Both the position numbers and the translations under genes were made by a program. Shown in pieces: positions 1-12,595 of a stretch of DNA of 64,000 bases (position 1 is its first letter; each line of letters opens with the position of its first letter). The DNA comes from Eledone cirrhosa. Taxonomy: Eukaryota. The DNA lies in assembly GCA_964016885.1 (NCBI GenBank), contig OZ024741.1:365676001-365740000 (forward strand), in the 5' to 3' direction. The notes below the pieces were generated by a model. The model made no database searches. It was given only the letters and a program-made list of their open reading frames with translations, and was not told where the DNA came from.

Positions 1-242
1 TATTAATTTGTGTTTGACTTGAGATATGTTGGTTGAGTACTAATGGAGGCACCAAAGTATAGAATCTCGATCCGAGCCATCACGTAAATTTCTGAACCAG
101 TGGCTTATCGGTTGACGGTATTTTGATGACGCGTTGGAATTTCAGTAACTAATATACTACTGAGTCACCTGTACATTTACTGACATGGACGACACGGACT
201 AGAATCGAATTCTGTCGATCGATTGGTTATTTATTAGGCGAA

Positions 243-343
243 ACCCGCTGATGAAAGCACATGCGCCGATTTTCATTATTCCGTAATAAATGCAGACAAT
301 AGATGCTGTACGCTCTCTTGCTGGCCGAAACTCGAGTACGAGT
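243..343 (+). ncRNA. Type I hammerhead ribozyme candidate in a probable PLE pseudo-LTR fragment (about 1-470)
   Basis: acccg-CTGATGA-(long stem II region)-GAAA-ctcgag (palindrome)-TA-cgagt; stem I has one mismatch. The fragment ends in a TA run, and 340-465 resembles 12360-12505. Confidence 0.55.
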
Positions 344-990
344 ATAGATTCATGGTACCCATTTACGTGTCTACACTGGGATTTATACATAAACTTACCT
401 ATTGAGAACGTTGAGATGCAATCGGTACTAGCAGGGAAACCTTATGCTAGTCTTGCAAACTTTTTATCATATATATATGGTCTCCCCAAAAAGTGTATAT
501 ACACTTCAATAACATTCTAATAATGTGTGTGAGTGTGTACAACAAGACTATTTACTACTTTAATACACTGGATTGGATTTCGCAGGATTTACGTGACTTT
601 ATGAAGTCGTATGTGGGTTTTCTCTCCCGAATTAAGTAGCATTGCCGCAAATGGTGATGATTTTGAGTTAACTGATTATACTTCGAAGTCGTTGATATCG
701 CTATTTTCTCAACATTTTAATTACAGTATATACTTTAATCTATATATTAGGATATGAAATCTGATATATATCTTTTTTTCTTTCAAATAATGTAAGACTT
801 TTTTGAGCTGAAAACGTATTATAATATACGTAATATATCAAAAGAAACCTATTTCGTATTAATAAAAAAAAAATACATATATATTAATTTACAGAAAAAA
901 AAGACTGAGCAATCGGAATGTCTAGCTATCACCTGAACGTAGACAGGCACTCAAGAACACAACACATATGTATGTATGTGTGTATGTATG

Positions 991-3900
991 TTCTTCTGGG
1001 TTTATAATTTCACAATGTTTGCCAATAGAGAGAGAGAGTCGGTTTCTAACATAGACACAAGACTCTCTCATTGGAATATACACAACATCAACTAGGTAGA
1101 TATGTATGCATGTATGCATGTGTAGATATGGATGTTATTGTATGTGTGGATGTGGATGTTTTGAGTTGTATATGTGCATGTGTATATGCTTAGTATCTGT
1201 ACATGTGTATATGGAGTATAAGATGCACAATTTTGGGAATGTTTTACATATTTTTACTGTTCCATTAATGGATTGTACTTCTAATTTCCTAACTAGTTGT
1301 GTTCTTTCTGTTCCTATGAAGCCCAGATTCTCAAGATGTGTATTGAGGTAGTTACTAACATATCCCATTCCCCCAATAATCACAGGTATAAATCTGAAGG
1401 TATAATCAGGGTGGAGTATCTGCAGATTTCTCATCAGTTCTGCATAAATATTCTCCTTTTCGCTAATCTTTGATATTATATTGGCATCTGCTGGGCAACT
1501 AACTTCCACTACTGTGCATGCCTTCTTTTCCCTGTCCCATATCATAATATCTGGTCTGTTATGCCTGCATTTTATTCGGGTTTTTACTAGAACATTCCAC
1601 CAGACCTCTTTCATATTATATATGTATGTCTTCCACATGACTGTAGCTTTTAATGTGTTTATTATCGGGGCTATCTTTTTTACGAACTGCATTGTACAGT
1701 GTTTTGGCAACTACATCATGCCTCATAGGTAGATAGTACCGCGATGACATCTTTGGGCAGCTGCTGATGACATGGGTGACATCTTCGATGTTAATTCTGC
1801 AGAGTCTGCACTTGTTATCACATCTATGTGTTTTGCTTGCATCCCTATCTCTTTTGTATATCAGGTATTTCGTGTTGATTTCCTGTTCTTGGGTTGCAAA
1901 CGCGTATCCTTCAAAGTGGGAGCCAATATAGCGGTTGTTGTTCCAAGATAGACTACTTTCATTATCTATATTACTCTCACTCTGGAAATTCCTGGCAACA
2001 TATCCATGCATGATTTTTTGCTGATAAGCATGCAGTTTTTCATCCATGGATTCACTGCGATAATGCTGAGCGACTTCTCTGGGTGTGAACTTTTGATTAT
2101 CACACAGGGAATATCTCTCGAGGAGTTCCTTCCCAACTCTCATGATATTATCTGTTTCATGCAGATCGACTTGCTCGAGAAACGGGTTCCTACGCTTTGA
2201 GGCTCGTAGATATTGTCGGAGGGATATTATGCGACATTCAAATGCTGTCTGGACTGATGTTAGGCCTCTGCCTCCCTGCTTACGTTTCAAGTAAAGGCAG
2301 TCTATGTCACTGTTGATGTGGAAGTTTCCGGTGTTGTTTAGTTTTTCCGAGTTCTAACACCAATTGCTCAGATTTCGTCTATCGTCCAATTGAGTATTCC
2401 AAAAGTTGGTGTTAGGACAGACACAGCAAACACATTGTGAGCCACTGTTTTGTTTTGTGCAGAGAGTTCCGATGACCATATCTTTCTTAATCGGGTATAG
2501 TATTCCCTGTTTACGCGTTCCTTATTACAGATACCATTGTAGGATATGCTCTCATCTATCAGCAGGTATCTGTAACAGTCCTCATCAGATATCGGTGAAA
2601 CAGTTAGGCCATTGATGACAATGTTGCTGGATTGGTTTGTTGTTTTTCCCCGCTTTACAGTCATGTATGAGCATTTATCTTGGCCAAACTCCATTCCTAT
2701 ATCCTCTGAGAACGTTGTAACCAGGTCAAGATATTTCTTCATCCAATCCATGTTCTTGGTATAGGATGAATAATATCACAGAGAGACTGACTCCCTGAAA
2801 TATACCCCTCCTTCTCTGTCTTTAACTTTAGGATAGCAGCCCAAGAAGAAGACAGCCTCTCTATGGCTCTGATAATAATGTATGGGACTTTAGCAAGTCG
2901 GAGTGCCTCTATCATCCAAGAGTGGGGAACAGAATCGAAAGCTTTCCTGTAATCCAGCCAGACTGTAGCCATATTCCTCCTAAGTTGTCGCATCTCCGAC
3001 ATCGCAGATTTGTTGATTAGGAGTTGTTCAACACATCCCCAAACCCTTTTCTTTCCAGCTGCTTGTTCATCTGTGATGATGTAATTATTTTCACAGTGAT
3101 CTTAGAGGAATAGGTTTAGGCAGGTTGTATACATCTTATACATCTGGTTCTGGCATGCAATGGGTCGGTAGTTTTTTGCCAGGAGAGTGTCTTTGTTCTT
3201 GGGGACCAGTAATGTTTGTGCTAATGTCAACCATTCTGGTGTAAGTGTATCTCCCTTAAGAACTTGGTAGAGGTCGGTAAGATATCTCCGATAGAATATC
3301 AGTTTTTTGTACCAGTAGCCGACAATCATGTCTCTTCCTGGTGTTTTCTTATCTTGGAGTTTTCCTATCACAGTCTCAAGGGTACCCTCACTTATTTCGT
3401 ATGTTTTTGTTGTAGTGTAGGATCAATAGTTCTTTTGGATTGTTTTTAGCCACACTGCATCTTTGTTGAAATTCTTCTTTTCACCCCATATTTTTCTCCA
3501 AAAGGAATCTATGTCTTTCTGGGATGGGGCGCCAGTGACACTTTATTTTGCCCTTCATATCTCTATAGACTGATGTTTGGTTTCGTCTGAATCTTTTATT
3601 AAGCACTTTTCTTTCATCTACCTTCTTCAGGTATCGGTGATTTTTACTAACAGCTCTTAATTCTTGTTTAAGGGTGAGCAGTATTCACTCTTTGTTGGTG
3701 AGGAGTGAAGTTTTTTTGGTGTTTGTTTGCGTGTAAGGAGCATTGTCACATATCCTATGGTTTTTCGTAGGTCAGCAATCTTTTTTTCTATTTTATTTAT
3801 ATATGATGGTATTTTTGGTGGTGTTTTGTTCTTGTTAATATCTCTGCTATCACCAAGATAATGCTTCACTGTCGTTGCTAAGGCATATAAACATGCGTTG

Positions 3901-4581
3901 ATTTGCCAAAATGTTGGGATTTTTATCCGTCATAAATATTCATCCCCTATTTCGTCAATAACATGAATTTGGTTTTTTATTAAATATTGTTATTTTAATA
4001 CGTTCAGCAAGAGAAATGTTTATACATGAATTAATTTCTCTCTGGAAGATTTCGTTCAGAGAAATTTTCAACTGTTTATAATTTTGATTATTATAATTAC
4101 CGATAGAATTTTCCACAATATTCGAGGTAGACTCGGATGGTATACGTGGTGTCAAATTTATTCGATTATTATTATTATTTCTTCGATTATTATTATTATC
4201 GATAGTGTTTTCACCATCATTCTACGTAGACTTAGATGGTACACGTGGTGTAACATTTCTTACAGGCATAGTTGTTTCAAGGCACTGTTGACCTGGCTGC
4301 TAGGAAGTCTAGTAGCATGGGGACCTGTAGCACGTGTTGTTGAGTCCATGTTTGTTCTGGGGGACTTACAATTAATATTATTTATCTTATTTTTACGTTC
4401 AACAAACGTCGCTTGTTGGCGTAATTGTTTCGTTGTGAAATAATTTAGCTCTGCGTGTATTTCGTCCCAGTGTAGCTTCATTCTGTTCATATAGCCAATG
4501 GGAGGATTGTTTTTTGCCTTTTTATAACAATTAAACAAATCATCATTTAGTTCGCAACTCCAAGAGAAATGCGATTTATAA
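991..4581 (-). mobile_element. R4/Dong-clade non-LTR retrotransposon, near full length, degenerate
   Basis: Collinear minus-strand ORF fragments: N-terminal WSCELNDDLFNCY...GYMNRMKLHW; RT motifs KNYRPIAC, WLDYRKAFDSVPHSW, IGMEFGQDKC; RKQGGRGL; CCHC (CRLC...HVISSC), RHD and restriction-like endonuclease NRPDIMIWD...VEVSCP. Many frameshifts, and the catalytic F/YxDD segment appears deleted near 2760. Flanked by (TATG)n. Confidence 0.93.
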
Positions 4582-4651
4582 TATGTATGTATGTTTGTAT
4601 GTATGTATGTTTGTATGTATGTATGCACGGATGTATGTATGTTTGTATGTA

Positions 4652-4685
<34 letters not shown>

Positions 4686-4767
4686 GAGGGATGTAAGTAT
4701 GTATATATGTATGTATATATGTATGTATGGATGTATGGATGTATGTAAGTATGTATGTATGTATGTA

Positions 4768-5210
4768 CTTCTGGTTTTATAATTTCACAAATTTTTGCCA
4801 ATAGAGAGAGAGTCGGTTTCTAACATAGACACAAGACTCTCTCATTGGAATTTACACAACATCAACTGGGTAGATATGTATACATGTCTACATCGGTATG
4901 GATGTTATTGTATGTGTGGATGTGTGTATTTTGGGTAGTGTCTGCATGTGTATATGCAGTAATTAGATGCAAAATGTTTGGAATGTTTTACATATTTTTA
5001 CTGTTCCATTAATGGATTGTACTTGTAATTTCCTAACTAGTTCTGTTCTTTCTGCTCTTGTGAAGCCCAGCTTCTGAAGAACTGTATTGAGGTAGTTACT
5101 AACATACCCCAGTGCTCCAATAATCACAGGCATAAATCTGAAGGTGTAATCAGGGTGGAGAATCTGCAGATTTCTCATTAGTTCTGCATAAATATTCTCC
5201 TTTTCGCAAA
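4768..5210 (-). mobile_element. 5'-truncated second copy (endonuclease end plus 3' UTR) of the same R4 family
   Basis: Repeats about 991-1465; ORF 4963-5271 ends EKENIYAELMRNLQ...KICKTFQTFCI; separated from the first copy by (TATG)n at 4582-4767. Confidence 0.9.
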
Positions 5211-5473
5211 TGTATGAATGTCTGCATGCATGTAAGTGTGTGCAGGTTTGAATGTTATTGTGTGTTTGCATGCGTATATTTTGAGTTGTATATGTGCATG
5301 TGCATATGCTTTGTATGTGTACATGTGTACAAGCAGTTATTACATGCAGAATTTTTGGAATATGTATGTATGTTTGTTTGTATGTATGTATCTATGTATA
5401 TATGTGTGTGTGTATGTATGTAGGTATGTAGGTATGTATGTGTGTATATATGTATTGTATATATGTATGTTTG

Positions 5474-5507
<34 letters not shown>

Positions 5508-5556
5508 TGTATGTATGTATGTATGTATGTATGTATGTGTGTATGTATGTATGTAC

Positions 5557-5800
5557 GTCTGGTTTTATAATTTCACAAAGTTTTACCAATAGAGAGAGAG
5601 TCGGTTTCTAACATAGACACAAGACTCTCTCATTGGAATTTACACAACATCAACTAGGTAGATTATGTCTGCATCCATGTGTGTGCAGGTATCGATGTTA
5701 TTGTATGTGTGGCTGTCGATGTTTTGAGTTGTATGTCTGCATATGCATATTCTTTGTATTTGTACATGTGTACATGCAGTTATTAGATGCAGCACTTTTG
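5557..5800 (-). mobile_element. Third, shorter 3'-UTR copy of the R4 family
   Basis: Same ctggttttataatttcaca...gagagagtcggtttctaacatagacacaagactctctc block, again next to (TATG)n. Confidence 0.85.
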
Positions 5801-5971
5801 GAATATGTATCTATGCATGTTTGTATGCATATATGTGTGTGTGAATGTATGTTTGCATGTATGAATCTATGTATATATGTGTGTGTGTATGTATGTACGT
5901 GTGTGTGAACTTAACCATATATAATTACACACACACACACGCACACACACACACGCACACACATATATATA

Positions 5972-6230
5972 TAGGTAATTCCGTAGAAAAGCTAAAGGAA
6001 AAAAGGGCACCCCATGTATTGTATATAGCTAATTAATTACATAATAAGCCATACAATATACTTAATTCATTACGGAAGGTTTCAATATGATACCCGTAAG
6101 GACCATCTAGCTCATTCGTCAGACAAAATAATTATTTTGTCTGACGAATGAATTGGATGTTCCTTACGGGTATCATCTTGAAACCTTCCGTAATGAATTA
6201 AGCACATTGTGTTGTTTATTAAGTAATATG

Positions 6231-6238
<8 letters not shown>
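5972..6238. repeat. Fold-back (palindromic) PLE pseudo-LTR end with HHR-like core, in a TA tract
   Basis: Inverted arms centred near 6130 (agacaaaataattattttgtct); the plus arm reads CTGACGA...GAAA-ccttccg-TA. Related to 16232-16400, 7965-8130 and 31742-31900. Confidence 0.7.
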
Positions 6239-6267
<29 letters not shown>

Positions 6268-6271
<4 letters not shown>

Positions 6272-6457
6272 GTTTCTACTTTAGGAACAAGGCCAGCATT
6301 TACCCAGTACGTTACTGGTACTTTATTTTATCGACCCCGTAAGGATGAAAGGCAAAGTTAACCTCGGCGGGATTTGAACTCAGATCATAAAGGGACGTAA
6401 CTCTATGCTAGAAAGCATGGCGTCCAACCCTCTACCGATACTGCCAATCAACCACCC
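6268..6457 (-). mobile_element. tRNA-derived SINE with Deu/Nin-like core
   Basis: Reverse complement of the SINE at 23822-24012: B box gagttcaaatccc and core gcctttcatccttacggggtcgataaa. Confidence 0.88.
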
Positions 6458-6586
6458 TTATATATAATATATATAATATAAGATCAAAAGATGGTTAAAA
6501 GAGTTCTCCAGTCCTACAAACTGTAGAATGCTACTTATCCGATATCTGCATTGCTTTATTGTACTACAATAAAACTCACCTCCCAC

Positions 6587-6631
<45 letters not shown>

Positions 6632-6839
6632 ATGTGTGTGTCTATGCCTTTGCATATATGTATGAGATATATATGTGTATAAATCTTTGTATACAGTGCC
6701 TTGTAGCGAACATGAGAGGCAGAAAATATGGAAATTCAATATATGACTTTCTCTTCATAGACACACACACGAACACACACAGACACGCACACACAAACAC
6801 ACACACACATATTTATTTGTATATATATATATATGTCTA

Positions 6840-7065
6840 TATGCATAGAAATGTCAACATGAATGGACCTATTATTTTTATCTAAAGACATTTTTTCCAA
6901 TTCCACCACACCCGTCCCTTCAATCTATCTTATTTCTCAATCTTTCTTCTGATGAAGGACTAGCTACCAAAACGTTAAAACCGTCTTCCTGCTATTTCAA
7001 GCGTTAATCTAATATATTCCTTCCATATACTGTACCGATTGTGTTGTTGTTTCTGTTTACCTTTT
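6840..7065 (+). repeat. Dispersed PLE pseudo-LTR-like fragment with decayed HHR (homologue at about 20400-20600)
   Basis: Here tctt-CTGATGA-aggactagctacc-aaaa-cgt-ta; the other copy has tctt-ctga..aggactagcgttc-GAAA-cgt-ta-aga. Each copy keeps the core half that the other lost. Confidence 0.6.
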
Positions 7066-7175
7066 AGATGCACACAACACACACATATATATACATATGT
7101 ATATATATATATATATATAATTATATATATATATGAAATGTGTGTTTGTATGTGTGCGCTTGAGTGTGTATGTAC

Positions 7176-7352
7176 CTATAATTCAGAGATTCAGCCATTT
7201 CACACACTGTCATACTGAATCTCCCTAAGAATAACCTTAAATGTGCATCTACCTGTGGAATATTCAGCTTGTGATACTTTAATTTCATCATAAAGCTGTT
7301 CTGTTCATCAAATAACTGGAACAATCTAATCGAAACCGACGGAAGGCTAACA
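7176..7352 (-). CDS. Candidate host exon, 177 nt, unknown protein
   Basis: Minus strand: tttttgctag acceptor, stop-free frame VSLPSVSIRLFQLFDEQNSFMMKLKYHKLNIPQVDAHLRLFLGRFSMTVCEMAESLNY, then ag|gtacat donor. Length divisible by 3, phase 2-2. No family recognised. Confidence 0.3.
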
Positions 7353-8064
7353 CTAGCAAAAATGTGTATATGTTAATAGAGCGTTATTCATAGTTTCTGG
7401 CAGGGAGCTATTCCACTTAACCTTCTACGAATGTCATGTGTTGTTACTTGTTTTAGACTGCTGCATTTAGTAGTAGCAGAATATACGACTACTGAGGTAG
7501 CCATTCACAAGCTTTCTCTTGTCAGGATGGATTCTACCCACTGAGGAATTGTTATCGAATCGGTTATGTAATATGCGCATATTATTTATAACCACTGTGA
7601 ATGACAGGTGCAGCTCAATCCATATTCATAGAAACTATTAATAGTCCGGGAATGTACGATATGCAATCATTAATACTCACGCGCTGCCGCCTACATTACC
7701 ATTAACATATATAGTGTGGACTCACTCAGTGTGTGATATACCAGTCGGAGCTATTCGGACACTTCTTCCCTTAGCTTCGTTAACAGATGTATACATGTAT
7801 ATATATATATTGGTAAATGGAAAAGAAAATGCTGACAAATTGTTCACAGTGAAAAATAGTTTAATTAGGAATAAGTGAGAATTAGTAATAGCATTGATTA
7901 GTATTCAGTTTTGATTTTAAGTTTTACCGGTTGCGCATTTCTAATATATATATATATATATATGTGAAGTAATTCCATCGGAAAAGTCCAGGAAAAAAGA
8001 GTGCTCTATGTATGCAACAGAGCTTAATTATTATTATTATGTAATAAACAACATAAGGCAATTA

Positions 8065-8124
8065 TTCCATTTACCAGTGGTTTCTTAAAAGCAAAAGGTT
8101 TTGCTTTCAATCCTCAGAATGAAA
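8065..8124 (-). ncRNA. Type I hammerhead ribozyme in PLE pseudo-LTR remnant (about 7965-8270)
   Basis: Reverse complement: tttcatt-CTGAGGA-ttgaaagcaaaa cc ttttgcttttaa-GAAA-ccactgg-TA-aatggaa; stems I, II and III all pair. Confidence 0.85.
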
Positions 8125-8485
8125 AATCCTGGTTTGTTTATTGAATATGGATTCTAAAAACAAAAATGCAATCTATATGAAAGTGAGGCTGGAAAAGGGA
8201 GAAGGAAAGGAAAAATAAAATAAAACTACACATGCAAACACACACAAAAAAACACAAAAGCATACTTACACACACATACATATATACATATATATAAATG
8301 TACGCATACACATATACATATACACATATATATATATATATATATATAAAGAGCGTACACCTACACACACATACACATATATACACACACATACACATAC
8401 ATACATTCATACATACACACACACACACACACACACACATACACACACACACACACACACATACACACACACATATATATATACA

Positions 8486-8533
<48 letters not shown>

Positions 8534-8963
8534 CACATATACACAGACACACACACACACACATGTGTGTGTACAAGCATACACATACACACACACATAT
8601 ATATACACACATACATACATTCACACAAACATACAACGTACATACATACGCATACATGAATGCACTCCACTACATATTCACACACGCAAATAAATATAAG
8701 AAAAAAATATATATAAATATATATTAACACATTTTTGACAGCGATACATGCCCCAGCTAACAGGACAGACACGCGTGGTAAGTAATACACACAAAAGCAC
8801 ATATACATACGTTCGAAATAGTAAACACATACACACACTCTCACACATAAATATACATATACAAATACATAAACACGTACATACACATACATACACAAAC
8901 ACGTACACGTATATAATATAAACACACACATGTATATGCAATTATATACACACACACACACAC

Positions 8964-9006
<43 letters not shown>

Positions 9007-9471
9007 CAAAAATATAAAAATATAAACGCACACACACATATAAATACGTAAACACACATATACATACATAGCTAAACAATTATACACATGCAAATACGTA
9101 TATATCAAAAGCACGCATAACCAAATACAAACACACACACACACACACACACCCACACACACACCCACACATACATAAAAATAAATAAATACACACGCAC
9201 ACATATATATATATATGTATTTACATTCATTTCATTTATTGATTTATTGATAATTTATCTGAGTGTCCCGAATCTTCCATATCGAACTTATCGGTTATTT
9301 GGTTGATTGTAGACATATTCTACGTGTGACGGTATTTAACGATAGTTATAGCTCTAATTTATTTGAATTATAGAGCCCTCTGCCGCTCATCTCGAATTTT
9401 GTTTATCGTTAACTCGTGTGCCGATTTTTCGATACTCGATTATTCTACTATATGTATTTATATATATAAAT

Positions 9472-10876
9472 ATTTATTTAGGTTTGAAGGTTCACCACTG
9501 GATAGAGCTGGTCATTCCGTATGGCCAATCTTGATGTAATAATATGGAGAGTACTCAACGTAAAGCAGCTCAACCGTCTTCGTTTGTGTAGTTGGTGGTG
9601 CTAGTACGGTGTTAAATATTATAATAAAATAACAGGAGTCTGGACTTGTGTAAATCCTTGAAAGGTTTATTATACTATGATCATTTCAATGACCGGGTTC
9701 CGTATGAATCCGGTGATATCATCAGGTATTCGAAATATAATAAATGAATGTAACAGATAAAATCCATGGGGCTGAATATCATAGACCCGAGGACGACTGA
9801 CCATCTAGCATATCAAATTTAGCCGGTCGCCTTCAAGTGCTGGCTATTCGGTCTACTTAAGGCTATCTGATGAGGTGGCGAAAGCTTATAATGTGCTACT
9901 AACCTCCCTGTCAAAGAGAAAAAAAGACAGAAAGTAAGAAGAAAAGTCAGCATTAATGTCATGCTACAATCAGGTTAGGAATTGCCGCAAAAAATGTTAT
10001 ACTAAAGAACCTATATCTTAACAGAGGTATATATTATAACAGAGGTATATATAGTGGGCGTCTGCATGGTATAATGTGTGAACAGAAGTGTATTATAGAG
10101 ATCCTCGATAAGTTTTCAGGGTGGGATTTAGAGTAAAGATTAATCGTTGTTTAGCAGTCAAACAGCACTTGACGACTGCAGACTCCGACCAGCCCATCCT
10201 AACCACGTGTCAGCCATTCCGAGTGAAATCGTCTAGGGAAAGATATGGAAATCAATTTTTCCGATCACTCGAGGAATGTAGGCTTCGGGTGTGCTAGTGG
10301 GAAGTCAGCCATCGTCGTTAGGCCATCGTTATACCAAACGAGTACTATTAATTTACACAGGAGGGGGATTTGTTTAAGTGCCAGTAGAGGGAGGCATGAT
10401 ACAGCTAATAGTTATGATTAGGCCTAGAATTTAAAGGCACTATATGGCGGTCAAAAACGGCGGCGCGGCGGGCCCCCGAGGCGAAGCTTCCGCTCCGAGT
10501 AATTTCATTTACCGAAAGAAGGAGAAATTTATTTTTCAAGCACTCAAGGAAGGCTTATGCACCAGGGCGCCGGGCGCGCAGCCAGGAAAACCACCACACC
10601 AGTCGGATCATCGCGTGTAATCAATTATAAAACCGGATGAAAAGCGCAAATAGACTATATCTAGGTCCCCAGATAGTCCGGGTTATAAGTATTGTGGTTC
10701 TCAGGGGGAGATATTCTAGTGTCGTGTGCTAATGAGTACAATGATAAGTACTTAATGAGAGTAAAGCGAGTAAAAACCTAAATAAAAGGAACAGTAAGCA
10801 AAAAACAAAAAATACATAGATAAATAAAAGCAGAATACGAAGATAAAAACACATTAATAAAGTAAAAAGGTAGAAA

Positions 10877-10911
<35 letters not shown>

Positions 10912-11910
10912 AACGCCGTCATAGCTAGGGTGGTGGTGGAGTAAAACGGAAGTATATAAGAACATATCGGAGAAATCAAAACACAGGGGAAATACAATAT
11001 AGATCAAGTTGCAGTTAGATAATGCATATAGATATAGAGGATGGAAGAGATGGAATCAGTGTGTGTTCGAGCCTCAGAATCCAGTGTGAATTACAAAGGC
11101 CCTGAAGTATAGGGTAGAGAATTCAGTCAATACAGTACAATACAGGTTATGGTATAATTCGTAGAATTTTGTCGAAGACTGAATATTCCTGACAGGGAAG
11201 TAGCATTGGACCAGGTGGGCGGAGTAGCCAAAATCCGAATGGTGAGTAGATCAAGTCAGTCCCATGCCGCTGTTCATTATTACATCTAGAAGTGCTCAAC
11301 ATTTCAGGAGCATTATTTATTTAGGTTTGAAGGTTCACCACTGGATAGAGCTGGTCATTCCGTATGGTCAATCTTGATGTAATAATATGGAGAGTACTCA
11401 ACGTAAAGCAGCTCAACCGTCTTCGTCTGTGTAGTTGGTGGTGCGAGTACGGAGTTAAATATTATAATAAAATAACAGTGTAAATCCTTGAAAGGTTTAT
11501 TATACTATGATCATTTCATTGACCGGGTTCAGTATAATCCAGTGATATCATCAGGTATTCGAAATATAATAAGTGAATGTAACAGATAAAATTCATGGGG
11601 CTGAAAATGTTAGACCCGAGGACGACTGACCCTCTAGCATCTTCCAATTAAGCCGGTCGCCCTCAAGTGCTGGCTATCCTGTCTACTTAAGGCTATCTGG
11701 CGAGGGGGCGAAAGCTTATAATGTGCTACTAACCTCCCGGTCAAAGAGAGAAAAAGACAGAAAGAAAGAAGAAAAGTCAGCGTTAATCTCATGCTACAAC
11801 CAGGCTAGGAATTGCCGCGAAAAATCTTACTAAAGAACCTATATCTTAGCAGAGGTATATATTATAACAGAGGTATATATAGTGGGCGTCTGCATGTGTG
11901 AACAGAAAAT
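9472..11910 (-). mobile_element. Non-coding PLE-like element with about 600-bp direct terminal repeats, each carrying an HHR
   Basis: About 9472-10085 is repeated at about 11314-11910 (period about 1.84 kb); no RT or endonuclease ORF between them; TA-rich flanks. Confidence 0.75.
9672..9729 (-). ncRNA. Type I hammerhead ribozyme (copies at 11502-11558 minus and 16062-16119 plus)
   Basis: Reverse complement: atac-CTGATGA-tatc accgg attcatacggaac ccggt catt-GAAA-tgatca (palindrome)-TA-gtat. Confidence 0.8.
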
Positions 11911-11995
11911 TGGAACGTTAAATTCTTGTTTAGATTTATAGAATGAAATAAAAAAAAAAATTTAATTAATTTCATCCTATAAATCTAAACAAGAC

Positions 11996-12125
<130 letters not shown>

Positions 12126-12132
12126 CTATATA

Positions 12133-12501
12133 TAACAAAAATTTAAATAATTTTGAAAACCATACAATGCATTAAAAAGACAATCAAGATTGCTAAGATA
12201 ACAAAGAATCTCACCTTGGCAAATTTGCTGAAGTAAGATTCTTTGTTATCTTAACAATCTTGATTGTCTTTCTAATGCATTGTATGGTTTTCAAAATTAT
12301 TTAAATTTTTGTTTCCTATTCAACGATGCTTCAGGCAAACTAGAACACTCTGTTATCTTATAGGTACCCGTTTTACGTGTGTTGTGTTGAAGAAAATAAC
12401 TGTGTGTATACTCTGGGAATGTATCTTACATTGCCCATAGAGTGCACTGAGATACAACCGGTACTGGCATTGATAAATATGCTGGGTCCGTCAACCCTTA
12501 T

Positions 12502-12505
<4 letters not shown>
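12133..12505. repeat. Fold-back repeat in a TA tract, probable PLE end
   Basis: 12133-12213 is the reverse complement of about 12235-12313; the distal part resembles 340-465. Confidence 0.6.

Positions 12506-12593
<88 letters not shown>

Positions 12594-12595
<2 letters not shown>

Noticed and set aside
8138-9204. Long YI/CV/HT-rich ORFs (also 25179-26234, 36334-36728, 45995-47256 and others)
   Set aside because: They are translations of (TA)n/(CA)n/(CATA)n microsatellites, which lack stop codons.
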